Positions 11,610 through 23,481 are shown, counted from the first letter of the stretch. The stretch is 64,000 bases of DNA from Andalucia godoyi And28 (GCA_009859145.1 VRVR01000026.1:93397-157396); one strand, 5' to 3'. Notes: generated by a model from the sequence alone, not told the origin. Program-made: numbers and translations.

Positions 11610-11999
11610 CCGTTGAATAATAACACGTCATTGTCATGCATCCGGAAGTACACATAAACAGACACGGTCAATACTGGCCGACACTAGCACGTTGCTGTGA
11701 CACAGGAATTCGTGCTTGCGCGTAGCCATCTATCATCCGTTCAGCGCACTGCCAAGAGGCGAACTTCCAAGACACGATCTCCAATCCTCGGCACGCAGGG
11801 TAGCCAACCCCAAGCAGAAGCATCGAAAATCCGCGCGAACACAGTTTGTGGCCCTTCACTCGTCAGCACTCTGCTGCAATGTACATCAATCTCTGCAGTC
11901 AATTCCTGCGTTCTGGCGTCCCAGCCAACTGGAGCGGAGTCATCGTCATGGATGAAAAATGATTTTTTCTACTGTTCGTTTGCAACTGCATTAATCGCT
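11610..11999 (+). mobile_element. IS607/Fanzor-derived element, family 1, copy D (left end; 3'-truncated)
   Basis: 11610-11781 is near-identical to the left ends of the copies at 23481, 34669 and 49673 (CCGTTGAATAATAACACG...). The extent beyond 11781 is uncertain. No right end found. Confidence 0.8.
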
Positions 12000-12131
12000 T
12001 AAAACCTTTCAGTTTCAGTATTTCATATTGGTGTTGTTATCGCCGTCGCCATCTCCCTCCTCCTCCTCCTCTTTTTTCTTCTGTTATGGATTTTATTTGC
12101 ATTGTTGCAGCGCCTCGCAAATGATCGATCA

Positions 12132-12248
12132 TCAGGGACTTGTCTCACCGGCAACTTTTAATAGGAGCTTGCCAATACAAGCCCAACGGCGGAGCGTTTG
12201 AGTGGAAACTTCGCAGCGCTTTCGGGTCGTTGCCACAGCTTCAAATAT
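12132..12248 (-). mobile_element. IS607-type TnpA MerR-like HTH remnant (third lineage)
   Basis: Minus-strand translation IFEAVATTRKRCEVSTQTLRRWACIGKLLLKVAGETSP*. VSxQTLRRWxxxGK is the N-terminal HTH signature of IS607 serine transposases. Confidence 0.6.
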
Positions 12249-12655
12249 GGAGTGAACCGCACTGAGGCATCACAAAATGCGAACTGGCGTCTGTAAAAGC
12301 ATTTTAAAAATCAACAAAAATCAATAAAAATCAATAAAAATCAAAAAATCAAAAGAGAACGTGACGGGGAAGCTATCACAGACACTTCCTAGTTGTTGCA
12401 CATTGCATCAATCACTCAGATGTCCCGACCATCAGATTGCTGTTTCTGTGAAGAAGCTCCTGCCCTTTCTGATTATCCGTGACCTGCGGATATTGAATGC
12501 ACCAACCTGTACCGGTGTTGTTGGTTTCTTGTGCGCCAAAAAAAAAAAAAATACATTGCAAAAGTCTTTTCTGCCCACAGGTGTTCAGGTTTCAATCGAA
12601 AGACGACGAAGAATCCTCAACTACAAAAAAAATTTAATTTCAATTTTATTTTAAA

Positions 12656-13579
12656 ATGTCGGTGACCACCACGCAAGCGCTTGTGTCGGTTCTTGCACTC
12701 ACATTGTGCGTTGCGGTTGCAAATGCCTCGATTCCTTCAAGATATGCAAACAAATTGCTTGCCGTTGTCTATGATCCGGAGCATCTGATGAATGGCGCCG
12801 TTGTTCTTGTGGATCCCTTGACGGGGAAGTCTGAGCAGCTGGCTATGTACGCCGAGAGTGTGGACATTCTCGAGTCTGCACTGGATCTGAAGAGTGGAAT
12901 CTATCACATGATTTCGTCGGATGGCGATGCTGTGTTTTCCGAAATGTTCAATCTGACGACTGGGTATCTCGCTGGAAGACTGCCCATCAGCGGAAGCCCA
13001 ATGAATGTTGTGTTTGATGACAAATTAGAGAAAATGTATGGCCTTGATTCGACGCCGGATTCCATCTTTATGGCCCAAGTCGATCTCAGTGGGATGGAGA
13101 CGCACGTTGCATCGCTCAAGTCGGTCATTGGACTTTACGGAGATGTGCAAGCCTACGACCCGGTGCACCACACGTACTATTTTATTGGCGACGATTTGAA
13201 CAATGCGCCGTGCCTTCTTGGAGTGAACGTGGCTGCCGGAAAAGTGGTTTCGAATGTGTCGATTGCGGACACGCCCTCAATGATCTATGACGTGGCGCAC
13301 AGTCGATTGGTTGGGCTGAACGGATCCATGGCAGGGGTGCTGAATCCAAAGACAGCTTCTTTTACGCCCCTCCCCGAATCTGAAGTTGTGGAAGGCATCA
13401 TCGCACTGCATAGCATTGACGCATCCAATGGAATCGCCTATGTGGTATTGCAAGACTATGAGAAGCAAAAGATCATTTCAATTGATCTGGAGTCGGGCAA
13501 GATCCTGTCGTCTATCTTCATTGACTTGCAGCTTGCCTATGTTCATTTCATCCCGTCCTCTGCAACAGAGCCGCTGTGA
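12656..13579 (+). CDS. Secreted protein, probable beta-propeller
   Basis: Signal peptide (LVSVLALTLCVAVANA) followed by repeated four-strand units (e.g. AYDPVHHTYYF, IDASNGIAYVV, IDLESGKI). Confidence 0.65.
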   Translation: MSVTTTQALVSVLALTLCVAVANASIPSRYANKLLAVVYDPEHLMNGAVVLVDPLTGKSEQLAMYAESVDILESALDLKSGIYHMISSDGDAVFSEMFNLTTGYLAGRLPISGSPMNVVFDDKLEKMYGLDSTPDSIFMAQVDLSGMETHVASLKSVIGLYGDVQAYDPVHHTYYFIGDDLNNAPCLLGVNVAAGKVVSNVSIADTPSMIYDVAHSRLVGLNGSMAGVLNPKTASFTPLPESEVVEGIIALHSIDASNGIAYVVLQDYEKQKIISIDLESGKILSSIFIDLQLAYVHFIPSSATEPL

Positions 13580-13881
13580 ATGGCATCCATGTGTTCCACC
13601 GATCAGTGCAACAGACTATCATTCTGATCAAAATGTAAAATGAAATATAAACGTGGGAGAAAAGCAGTCATGAAAAGCAAACTTCCTACCATACACATTT
13701 TACCTTCATATTATCTATTTTTAAAAATAAAAAATAATAAAAAGAAAAGAAGGGGAAGAAAACAAAAACAAAAACAAAAGAAAACAGGAAAGCAAACAGA
13801 AGAAGGTGGTCAATTACAAACCGTGGATTTCCATAATAATCCAGCAGAGAACGAACTCTCGCGTCACGTAGCTGCGGTGGC

Positions 13882-16605
13882 TCACTTGGCAGGAACCGCC
13901 GGTGTAATTTGTTCGTCTCGGACAAGCTCCAGGAACACATCTTCCAAACTGGTGTTAGAGACACCCCAGTCCTTGACACCCGACGTTTCCTTACGTGATT
14001 CCATTTCTGCGAAAAGATTGGACAGTAAAATGTCTTTCCGAGGAACTTCAAACGTTGCAGTGCCGGCGAACTGAGACACAATCTGGGAAGTTGGTGCAAT
14101 CTCCTTCATCATGCTGATTACGCGACCTGCATCACTTTCATCAAATGACGTGGAGATGCGGTACCCTTGACCAAACTTGTTCTTCAAATGCAGCTGCGTT
14201 CCCAGGCACTTCAGGCGGCCAAGCGACATGATTCCAATGCGATCAGACAGCGTCTCGGCCTCGTCCATGGCGTGCGTGGTCAGCAGGATGCAACGCCCCT
14301 TCTTTGCAGACGCAATAATGTCCCACAAATGGCGGCGTGTCGTCGGATCAAGCCCCGTCGTCGGTTCATCCAGCACAATCACACGGGGATCGCCGACCAG
14401 CGAAATCGCAATCGACAAACGACGCTTCATGCCTCCAGATAATGTTTTCGAAGGTCGGTTTCCAATGTCTCCGGCAAGCCCAACTCTCTTCAACACATCT
14501 TCCACATGTGCTTGCTCATCTCGGATACCGATCCCCTTCAGGCGAGCGTAAAATAAAAGATGATCCTTTGGCGACAGGTCTTCCCAAATGGTATCAAACT
14601 GCGGGCAAACACCCATGTTGAGATGGATGCGGTCCCGCTGCGTCGCAACGTCGAATCCACAAACATACACAGAGCCGCTGGTGGGAGGATACAATCCGGT
14701 CAGAATGGAGATGGTTGTTGACTTGCCCGCTCCGTTCGGTCCAAGAAGTGAGAAACACTCGCCTTGCTTCATCGCCAAACAGAGGTCTTTCACAGCAAGC
14801 TTCAGACCTGCGTTGGTCTTGTACATCTTTCGCAAATTCTTAATAAAAATGGCGCGCTCGTCAGGCTGAATGGAACCTCGCTCAATCAGAGAGCGTTCTT
14901 CCTGAACATCATGATCTTCTACCTCTTCCGCAGCCTCGGCAGCCTCTTCTTCTTGTGCGATAACACCCGACATTGTGGACGGAGCAGGGGACATCAACGA
15001 TGTCCGCTCGGACTTTGATTGCTTGGAGCTGGCAGCCAGTGCAGCATACCGCTTCTTCTCATTGAATCGCGGGAAACAGAACAACGGGTGCTTGCGAACT
15101 CCGTACTGGGAGGGAAGAACTAGATCAAGATAAAGACCAAGAGCGAGGTAGAATACGATGTCGAAAATCAACCATCCCACAGCTTGCACCCAGGGATCCG
15201 TGGACGTGATGTCCGACAATCCAAGGCAGCGATAACTTGAGCATCGCTCCAGCAAATGGATCAATCCGTGGCAAAACGCAAAGAAGGGATACATCATGTA
15301 GAAGAACGGACGCTGATTCGTGTCTTGGAAAACGAACAATTCAAGGATTGGGGCTGCAATTCCCGTGACAAGCACCAATGCATATCCAAGAATCGTGGCG
15401 GTATTTCCACGTCCAAGAAAAGTGGACATGAAAATGGCCCACACAACCAAGGCGACTCCCCACAAAAAGTACAAAAACAAGTACAGGAATGGATTCGTGT
15501 TCAACACAAATTTGAACTGAAATACCGCACACATGACGAAAAAGATGCAGGTGGAGATGAAATACATGCCGTAATCGAAGACGAAGGTCATGAACCAGTA
15601 ATGTCTCATTTTCATTCCGTTCATCTTTGCAAACTCGCGAAGGCGCTCTTGCTTCTCAATAACAATCAAGAACAGGAAAACGGGAAACAAAAAGTACGCA
15701 ATCAGTGGAAAGAAGAAAGAACCCAAGATCGAGTCGATGGCGATGGACATCTTCGTGTACTTCAGCGGCATGGCTTGGGCGTATGTGGTGATGGACACTC
15801 CCGAGGTGCTTTGGAGGAATGACGAATGAAGAGCATTCACCGACGACATTCCTTCAATCACTGCGCATGGATCTCCAATCAATGGCGATCCAAAACCGTT
15901 CAGTCCACCGGGATCGCTCATTCCCGTTTGCTGCTTTGAGTTGTCTTGGCAGTATCTCAGCTTTGTGTTGTTGTTCACAAAAACATCATGCACAAAACTG
16001 GAGGCTAGAGAAGCAGACGTCTGTCCTGGAGCGACAAACACGGATGAAACCGGGATTGCAGAAATCTTTGGTGCGTCGCGCTTCTGCTGGCCAAACAAGT
16101 TCGGGGACCCTTGTGCAGCTTGAACAGCCTGGAACAGCACGGCATCAATGTCCTCCAGTGTCGAAACATTTGTGTACGTTGGGAAGGAATACACGGAGGT
16201 GTTCGCAAAGATGGAGGGTATTTGACCGAGAATTCCAGACCCGGTGCCATTGACCAACGTTCCCACGAGAGACGCATCCGTGTACAAGATAGATGATCCG
16301 CCCCAGAACCCATTTGCAAACGTATTCAAGGCAACTGTCGTGATGGTTGTCTTATCACCAAGACCTGATGTTGTCGCATTAATCAACAGCTGGAGCGCAA
16401 ATATCATCAAAACACCAGTTACGGGACAGCAGATCTGGCAGCAATTCGACTTTTTCTGTCTCTTCTGAAGAGTCAGAGTCTTCCGAACAAGCGCCCTGTA
16501 CGGATGTGATTTCCTCGAAAGCGGGGAGAGGTTCACTCCTCCCTCCAAGCCATCGGAATACATCATTCCGGGAGAAGAAGCAGAAGCAGAAGCAGAAGAC
16601 GACAT
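13882..16605 (-). CDS. ABC transporter subfamily A (half-type)
   Basis: N-terminal TM helix, extracellular loop, IVIEKQERLREFAKMNG, TM block, Walker A GPNGAGKS, GVCPQFD, LSGGMKRRLS, LDEPTTG, TTHAMDEA. First ATG at 16605. Confidence 0.95.
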   Translation of the reverse strand: MSSSASASASSPGMMYSDGLEGGVNLSPLSRKSHPYRALVRKTLTLQKRQKKSNCCQICCPVTGVLMIFALQLLINATTSGLGDKTTITTVALNTFANGFWGGSSILYTDASLVGTLVNGTGSGILGQIPSIFANTSVYSFPTYTNVSTLEDIDAVLFQAVQAAQGSPNLFGQQKRDAPKISAIPVSSVFVAPGQTSASLASSFVHDVFVNNNTKLRYCQDNSKQQTGMSDPGGLNGFGSPLIGDPCAVIEGMSSVNALHSSFLQSTSGVSITTYAQAMPLKYTKMSIAIDSILGSFFFPLIAYFLFPVFLFLIVIEKQERLREFAKMNGMKMRHYWFMTFVFDYGMYFISTCIFFVMCAVFQFKFVLNTNPFLYLFLYFLWGVALVVWAIFMSTFLGRGNTATILGYALVLVTGIAAPILELFVFQDTNQRPFFYMMYPFFAFCHGLIHLLERCSSYRCLGLSDITSTDPWVQAVGWLIFDIVFYLALGLYLDLVLPSQYGVRKHPLFCFPRFNEKKRYAALAASSKQSKSERTSLMSPAPSTMSGVIAQEEEAAEAAEEVEDHDVQEERSLIERGSIQPDERAIFIKNLRKMYKTNAGLKLAVKDLCLAMKQGECFSLLGPNGAGKSTTISILTGLYPPTSGSVYVCGFDVATQRDRIHLNMGVCPQFDTIWEDLSPKDHLLFYARLKGIGIRDEQAHVEDVLKRVGLAGDIGNRPSKTLSGGMKRRLSIAISLVGDPRVIVLDEPTTGLDPTTRRHLWDIIASAKKGRCILLTTHAMDEAETLSDRIGIMSLGRLKCLGTQLHLKNKFGQGYRISTSFDESDAGRVISMMKEIAPTSQIVSQFAGTATFEVPRKDILLSNLFAEMESRKETSGVKDWGVSNTSLEDVFLELVRDEQITPAVPAK

Positions 16606-16749
16606 GTCTTTTTCTATTCGGCAATCCTTCAAAATCCACTACCCCAAAAGAACACACACACACAAAAGGAGATATATGCCAACTTTTGAAAGAAGGCAGA
16701 TGGAGGAGGCGAGTAAGTGAGTGCGAAAGATGAAGAACAGAGAACGGAA

Positions 16750-16780
<31 letters not shown>

Positions 16781-17089
16781 GCCAAAAGAAAAGAAAAAAG
16801 AAAAAGAAGAAGGAAACGCAATATGAATTTCAGGAAAACCAAGCATGCTAATGCGGATCCGGACTCGGCCGCACAAGCGGCAAACTGGAATGCGGTACAG
16901 TCAGCAGGAAAAATGTGTTTTCGGGTCTTTTTTGGCTCTCGGGCGTCGGGACCCAGGGGAGCGTCGGCAATTTTGCCAAAATTGTGCCATCGGGAAAACG
17001 TCTGGAGAAGAAGAGAACAATAAACACAAAACACAAACGCCTCGGGACAAACAAGAGAAACAGCACGAGCTGAATTGAGAGGAGAAGCC

Positions 17090-18424
17090 ATGTCGGTCCA
17101 GGCACTTCCGGTTGACCATGGATGTGTTGAGCATCCAGTTTCGATCTATGCATTGTCAGAGAGCGACAAGAAAGATCAATATGATGGACGAGTGTTCCCA
17201 CCTTTGGAAAATGCAACCTCGGATATTCGACCTCCTCGAAAGCTCGACCGCAGCCCTTCGTTTCCCGAACCTGTCAACGGAGCTCAAGTTCTGGAAGACT
17301 CGCTTATGATGGTGCAAATCGCACACCCAGAAGCGATGCAGTGCAGAATCCCGAATTCTGTGGACAGTTTCTTGCAGACCGTTACGATCCAGTTTATGGC
17401 TGTGAATGTTTCTGACGAGTTCATGGTTGTGGAAGGCATTGAAGTAACAAATTCGAGTGTTTTAGTGTGGTATTTGACAGATGGAGATCGCCATGCCGAG
17501 GATCCGGCCTTGGATGTTGGTATCACTTGGGTGCTTCCTCCAAAATCTTCCGTCCCTTGCTCGGTTGCTTTTCACTTCTTGGTTCCTGGGTTACCTGGAC
17601 AGACATCAAGGCTTGCCAAGCGCATCTCACGAGCGTTACCGACTCCGCTGAACATTACGTTTCGACTCCAGCTGCGAACCCGTGCCTCTTCTGGATTGCA
17701 ATGCAAGGTTTCGCCGAGTCTGAAAGTGAGGTGTGAGAATCAGCCGCTGGGTCTTCCGACGCTTGAATCTCTCTTTCCTGCACAGGCGGATCGAGACACT
17801 GTGTTTGGATGGAGTTTCTGCGATAATCTACGGACATTGGAAAGAGTGTGGATGCACGCTCGGAAGGTTGGGAGACACATTGAGGTCTGCTGTTCTTCTG
17901 GACGGTCATACTCGTTCGCTGTTCCCGACCTTAAAAAGATTGCAGACCGGGCGAGAACTGCTCGGACGACAGAGTACAGTCTGGATGACGTTAACGCGGA
18001 TGGATTTGCAGCGTGGGCGCTCTTCAAGTCTCTCGATGCAGGAGACCTGCTGCCCTATGCTTTGAAGCTCAAGACGAGTACGTCCACGGGCACTGCCACC
18101 AACTTCTTCCGGCTTCCGGAACTCGATGAGACGGGGATTTCAATATCTTTGCGGTCCCCCACAGACGCGTCGGTGCCCATCACCAGCGCACGTCCGTTCT
18201 CTAAAATCACCGTGCAGTGGGACGCCCCGACACTTGAGAGCGGAGATTATATCTCTGTGCACCGGCCGCGATCAGAGAAGAACACCTACGAGTCCTATTT
18301 TTACGTGGAAACAAAGACGGGGACGAAGGAGATTGCCCTCGACGAAGGAATTTTCGAGTTACGGTACTACGGGTCCGATGACCAGCCTTTTGCTGTCTCG
18401 TCCAGAATTACTGTCACAGACTGA
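17090..18424 (+). CDS. Uncharacterised protein with a C-terminal SKICH-like domain
   Basis: 445-aa ORF. The C-terminal ITVQWD...DYISVH...YESYFYV...G.FELRYY...S.RITV matches my recollection of the SKICH Ig-like pattern. The N-terminal part is unassigned. Confidence 0.5.
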   Translation: MSVQALPVDHGCVEHPVSIYALSESDKKDQYDGRVFPPLENATSDIRPPRKLDRSPSFPEPVNGAQVLEDSLMMVQIAHPEAMQCRIPNSVDSFLQTVTIQFMAVNVSDEFMVVEGIEVTNSSVLVWYLTDGDRHAEDPALDVGITWVLPPKSSVPCSVAFHFLVPGLPGQTSRLAKRISRALPTPLNITFRLQLRTRASSGLQCKVSPSLKVRCENQPLGLPTLESLFPAQADRDTVFGWSFCDNLRTLERVWMHARKVGRHIEVCCSSGRSYSFAVPDLKKIADRARTARTTEYSLDDVNADGFAAWALFKSLDAGDLLPYALKLKTSTSTGTATNFFRLPELDETGISISLRSPTDASVPITSARPFSKITVQWDAPTLESGDYISVHRPRSEKNTYESYFYVETKTGTKEIALDEGIFELRYYGSDDQPFAVSSRITVTD

Positions 18425-18640
18425 TCCAATGACGATGATGAGAATGATACTTTGTACCTATGCACGTATGTACTGGTTAATGCCTTTGGCCTTTGATCGT
18501 TGAGTTTCCGATTTTCTCGGTTTGAATAAGGACACTTCCATAAAATTGAATTCAGAGAGTCCGAGATTTCTCCCGTCTGCGTCTTTTTGTTTTTGTTTTT
18601 GTTTGTTTGTTTCATCTTAAACTTCGTTTCTCAAATCCCA

Positions 18641-19102
18641 CCGTTGCCACTTATTGCGATGTGATGAAGCAATCTAAAAGCACACACAAACAAGCACACT
18701 GCCACGCGCCATGCGCATGCGTTTGTTATCTTGACAACTCCGTCATACGATTCCCGATTCGTTTCGCCTCCCATTTTGATCATGAAATCCCTATAAACAC
18801 GCCGCCGCGCTGCTTTCTTGCACAACGACGCTCATTTCTATTTTTATTTTCATTTTTATTGTCCATGCATCGCAGGTTGTGTGGAAACAAGGTGTGCTTT
18901 GTTGCCCATCGTGCAAATGCACGATCGACTGCGATTGGAACGGCGCGCGCAACATCTACATCTATCTAAAGAACGTCTCTCATGCCGAGGGGGGTGTTGG
19001 GACCTACCCCCTTCCCAATCAATGCCATGCATGTTGTTGGGTTGCAACATTGATTATGGGTGATCAGCGATGATTATCCGTTGTTAGTGTACAATGTTGG
19101 CG
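18641..19102 (+). mobile_element. IS607/Fanzor-derived element, family 2, copy E
   Basis: Homologous to 37867-38634 (reverse). Starts aCCGTTG, encodes CCPSCKCTIDCDWNGARNI (18900-18956), ends AGTGTACAATGTTGGCG. Confidence 0.88.
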
Positions 19103-19268
19103 CAGCCTAAAGCCCTTCTCGGCAACTTGTTGGTCGTAGCGTGTCGGCTTCTTGATTTGGGATTCGAGCAGTTCTTTGTTTTGGAGGGAATTTCCGACCG
19201 GGTTTCCCGATTCTCGGCGTTTGAGCTTATTCATTCGGTCTCTGAACTTCCAAAACATTGTGTCCAAG

Positions 19269-19790
19269 ATGGCGCTTCCCCAACGACGAGAAGCCACAAT
19301 TCGTAGGTTTTACGATGCGTTTTCGAAACGCGACTGGGCTGGTATGGCAGCATGTTACGAAACTTCGGACGATCTGACATTTGAAGATCCTGCGTTCGGA
19401 TTGTTGAAGGGAGATCGAGTAACGATGATGTGGCGCATGCTATGTGAGCGTGCGTCAGATGATTTCTGCCTGGAATACGATCTGGGAAACATCCAAGTCG
19501 ATGACGAAAAGGACTCTGCAGCTGCTCATTGGGAAGCACATTACACATTTTCCTCGACCAAGCGAAAAGTTCACAACATCGTCTCGTCCCATTTCGAGTT
19601 TCTGCCAAACGGAGACAAGATCCTGCACCAGAAGGACTCATTTGATATGTGGGCATGGACAAGACAGGCACTCGGGCTCGTGGGGCTCCTTGCTGGATGG
19701 ACTCCGATGCTCAAGTCAAAGGTCCAGTCCGATGCAAACGCAAACCTTGACAAGTTCATCAAACGACTCGCGTCTCCCAGTCCCCAGTAA
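19269..19790 (+). CDS. SnoaL/NTF2-like protein
   Basis: TIRRFYDAFSKRDWAGMAACY...FEDPAFGLLKG...MWRML...AHWEAHYTF...V.N...F.F...KI..QKDSFD: SnoaL-like fold pattern. Confidence 0.8.
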   Translation: MALPQRREATIRRFYDAFSKRDWAGMAACYETSDDLTFEDPAFGLLKGDRVTMMWRMLCERASDDFCLEYDLGNIQVDDEKDSAAAHWEAHYTFSSTKRKVHNIVSSHFEFLPNGDKILHQKDSFDMWAWTRQALGLVGLLAGWTPMLKSKVQSDANANLDKFIKRLASPSPQ

Positions 19791-19837
19791 AGACTTCTTT
19801 CTTCATTGATCTCGATATTACTCCTGCACGCGCGCGC

Positions 19838-19839
<2 letters not shown>

Positions 19840-19920
<81 letters not shown>
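19840..19920. repeat. (GT)n microsatellite, about 40 units
   Basis: Perfect GT dinucleotide run read directly. Confidence 0.98.
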
Positions 19921-19921
<1 letters not shown>

Positions 19922-20176
19922 ATGGTTGGGTGGGTTGGATGGGTGTTCCGCGTCTGCCCTCCAACCACACCGGCTTATCTTTTTTGTGGCCATTTGGCCA
20001 GAGTTTATTCGCATTGTGCATTCCATGTCCTTCTCCTTCTGGATTGAGCATACTCTGAGAATGTCCAAAGAGGAGAACAACCGGAGAGAAACAGAAGAAA
20101 CCTCGAAGCATAATTTAAAACCATCACCATAATAATCATACGTACAAGAGTAAGCAGCGCATAGCAGCAGCATGGG

Positions 20177-20713
20177 CTATGATGGCCCTTCTTTCCACTG
20201 CTGTTTTGTCTTCATGACAGTCAGCAAGTCCACGTAGTCCATTTGTTTCGTCTTGACCGCGCCATTTGTATTGGACATACATCGAATGAAATCGAGCTTG
20301 TTGTTCGGGATAGACAAGAAGTAGTCGTATTCGGACGGGATCTTGAGCACGACATTGGGGTCGTCTGTAAGGGAATTCATGTAGACGGAAGTGACGTTGC
20401 GGACCGGGATGATCCGTCTGCAATCCAGCGTCTTAGGTTTTAAATTGTATATTGATTGCTGCGTCATCAAGAAAATCCGCGGCTGGACTTTCCCTTTTCG
20501 ATTGCGCTTCTCCACCGCAGACGAAAACACAATCGGGGAAGCATCGCCCTTTGAACTCAGCAGCTTCTGAATCGCTGGATTGTTCTTTAGATTTTCATGA
20601 TCAGAATTGGTTTCCAGTTCGCTCGACACGTACAATTGTTTTCGTGGAATATCTACAGAATCGCTTGATGACGATGACGATGACGATGCTGAAGTGGACA
20701 GTGAAGAAGACAT
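20177..20713 (-). CDS. Stand-alone myosin-I TH1 (PH-like) domain protein
   Basis: IVFSSAVEKRNRKGKVQPRIFLMTQQSIYNL...RRIIPVRNVTSVYMNSLTD..VVLKIPSEYDYF. Likely ATG at 20713; the upstream extension in the ORF track looks non-coding. Confidence 0.75.
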   Translation of the reverse strand: MSSSLSTSASSSSSSSSDSVDIPRKQLYVSSELETNSDHENLKNNPAIQKLLSSKGDASPIVFSSAVEKRNRKGKVQPRIFLMTQQSIYNLKPKTLDCRRIIPVRNVTSVYMNSLTDDPNVVLKIPSEYDYFLSIPNNKLDFIRCMSNTNGAVKTKQMDYVDLLTVMKTKQQWKEGPS

Positions 20714-21023
20714 TGGACCCGCACAACCCAACAAACAATGAACAGTTATGATAACAATACAGTGACTCAAAAGACAAACGGAATTAACTACCTGTTCGTT
20801 TTCGAACTTCTCCTTGAACGGCACCCTGTCGCAATCTTCAAACCCTTTGTCCATTAGTAATGATGATAATAATGCACCGTATGCCGCTGCATTCGTGATC
20901 GTTGCGTAATATCCGGATCCCAGAATTGCACAAAGTCCAGTTCCCAACTTGCGTTGCATCAATCGATACTAGTGAGACAATGGTTCTCCCACTGTGGCTG
21001 GCTCACTCAATCATCAGAAATAA

Positions 21024-22998
<1,975 letters not shown>

Positions 22999-23115
22999 CA
23001 AGAATCCTCCTTCTTCTCCTTTTCCTCCTGTGGCTCTTTTAGTTTATCATTATTTATATCCATCCACTGGCCATTAAAAAAGTTAATAAAAAAATGTATC
23101 GCTTCACCTCTCTCA

Positions 23116-23481
23116 CGCCTACATTATACACTGAACATGCTGCATATCTACGAACAGACATGCATATTCAATCTCGATCAATCGGTGAGCCACCTTCTCA
23201 GCGTGACACGTTGTTCCTGAGAAGGGTGCATTTTTTTGATTCTGACGGCCCTAGCAGCAGGCGCTTTCGTGTCCTCAGTTGCAGCGATTGATGCACCTGG
23301 AGATACGAGATCGTGTCTTGGAAGTTCGCCTCTTGGCAGTGCGCTGAACGGATGGTAGATGGCTACGCGTAAGCACGAATTCCTGTGTCACAGCAACGTG
23401 CTAGTGTCGGCCAGTATTGACCGTGTCTGTTCATGTGTACTTCCGAATGCATGACAATAACGTGTTATTATTATTCAACGG
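23116..23481 (-). mobile_element. IS607/Fanzor-derived element, family 1, copy A
   Basis: Reverse complement of 34669-35031 with only a few differences; both termini present. Confidence 0.92.

Noticed and set aside
11996-12300. The third relic as a nested insertion into copy D at a CG
   Set aside because: It rests on a 6-nt TAAGCG match and a weak resumption of similarity near 12256-12280. Too little evidence.
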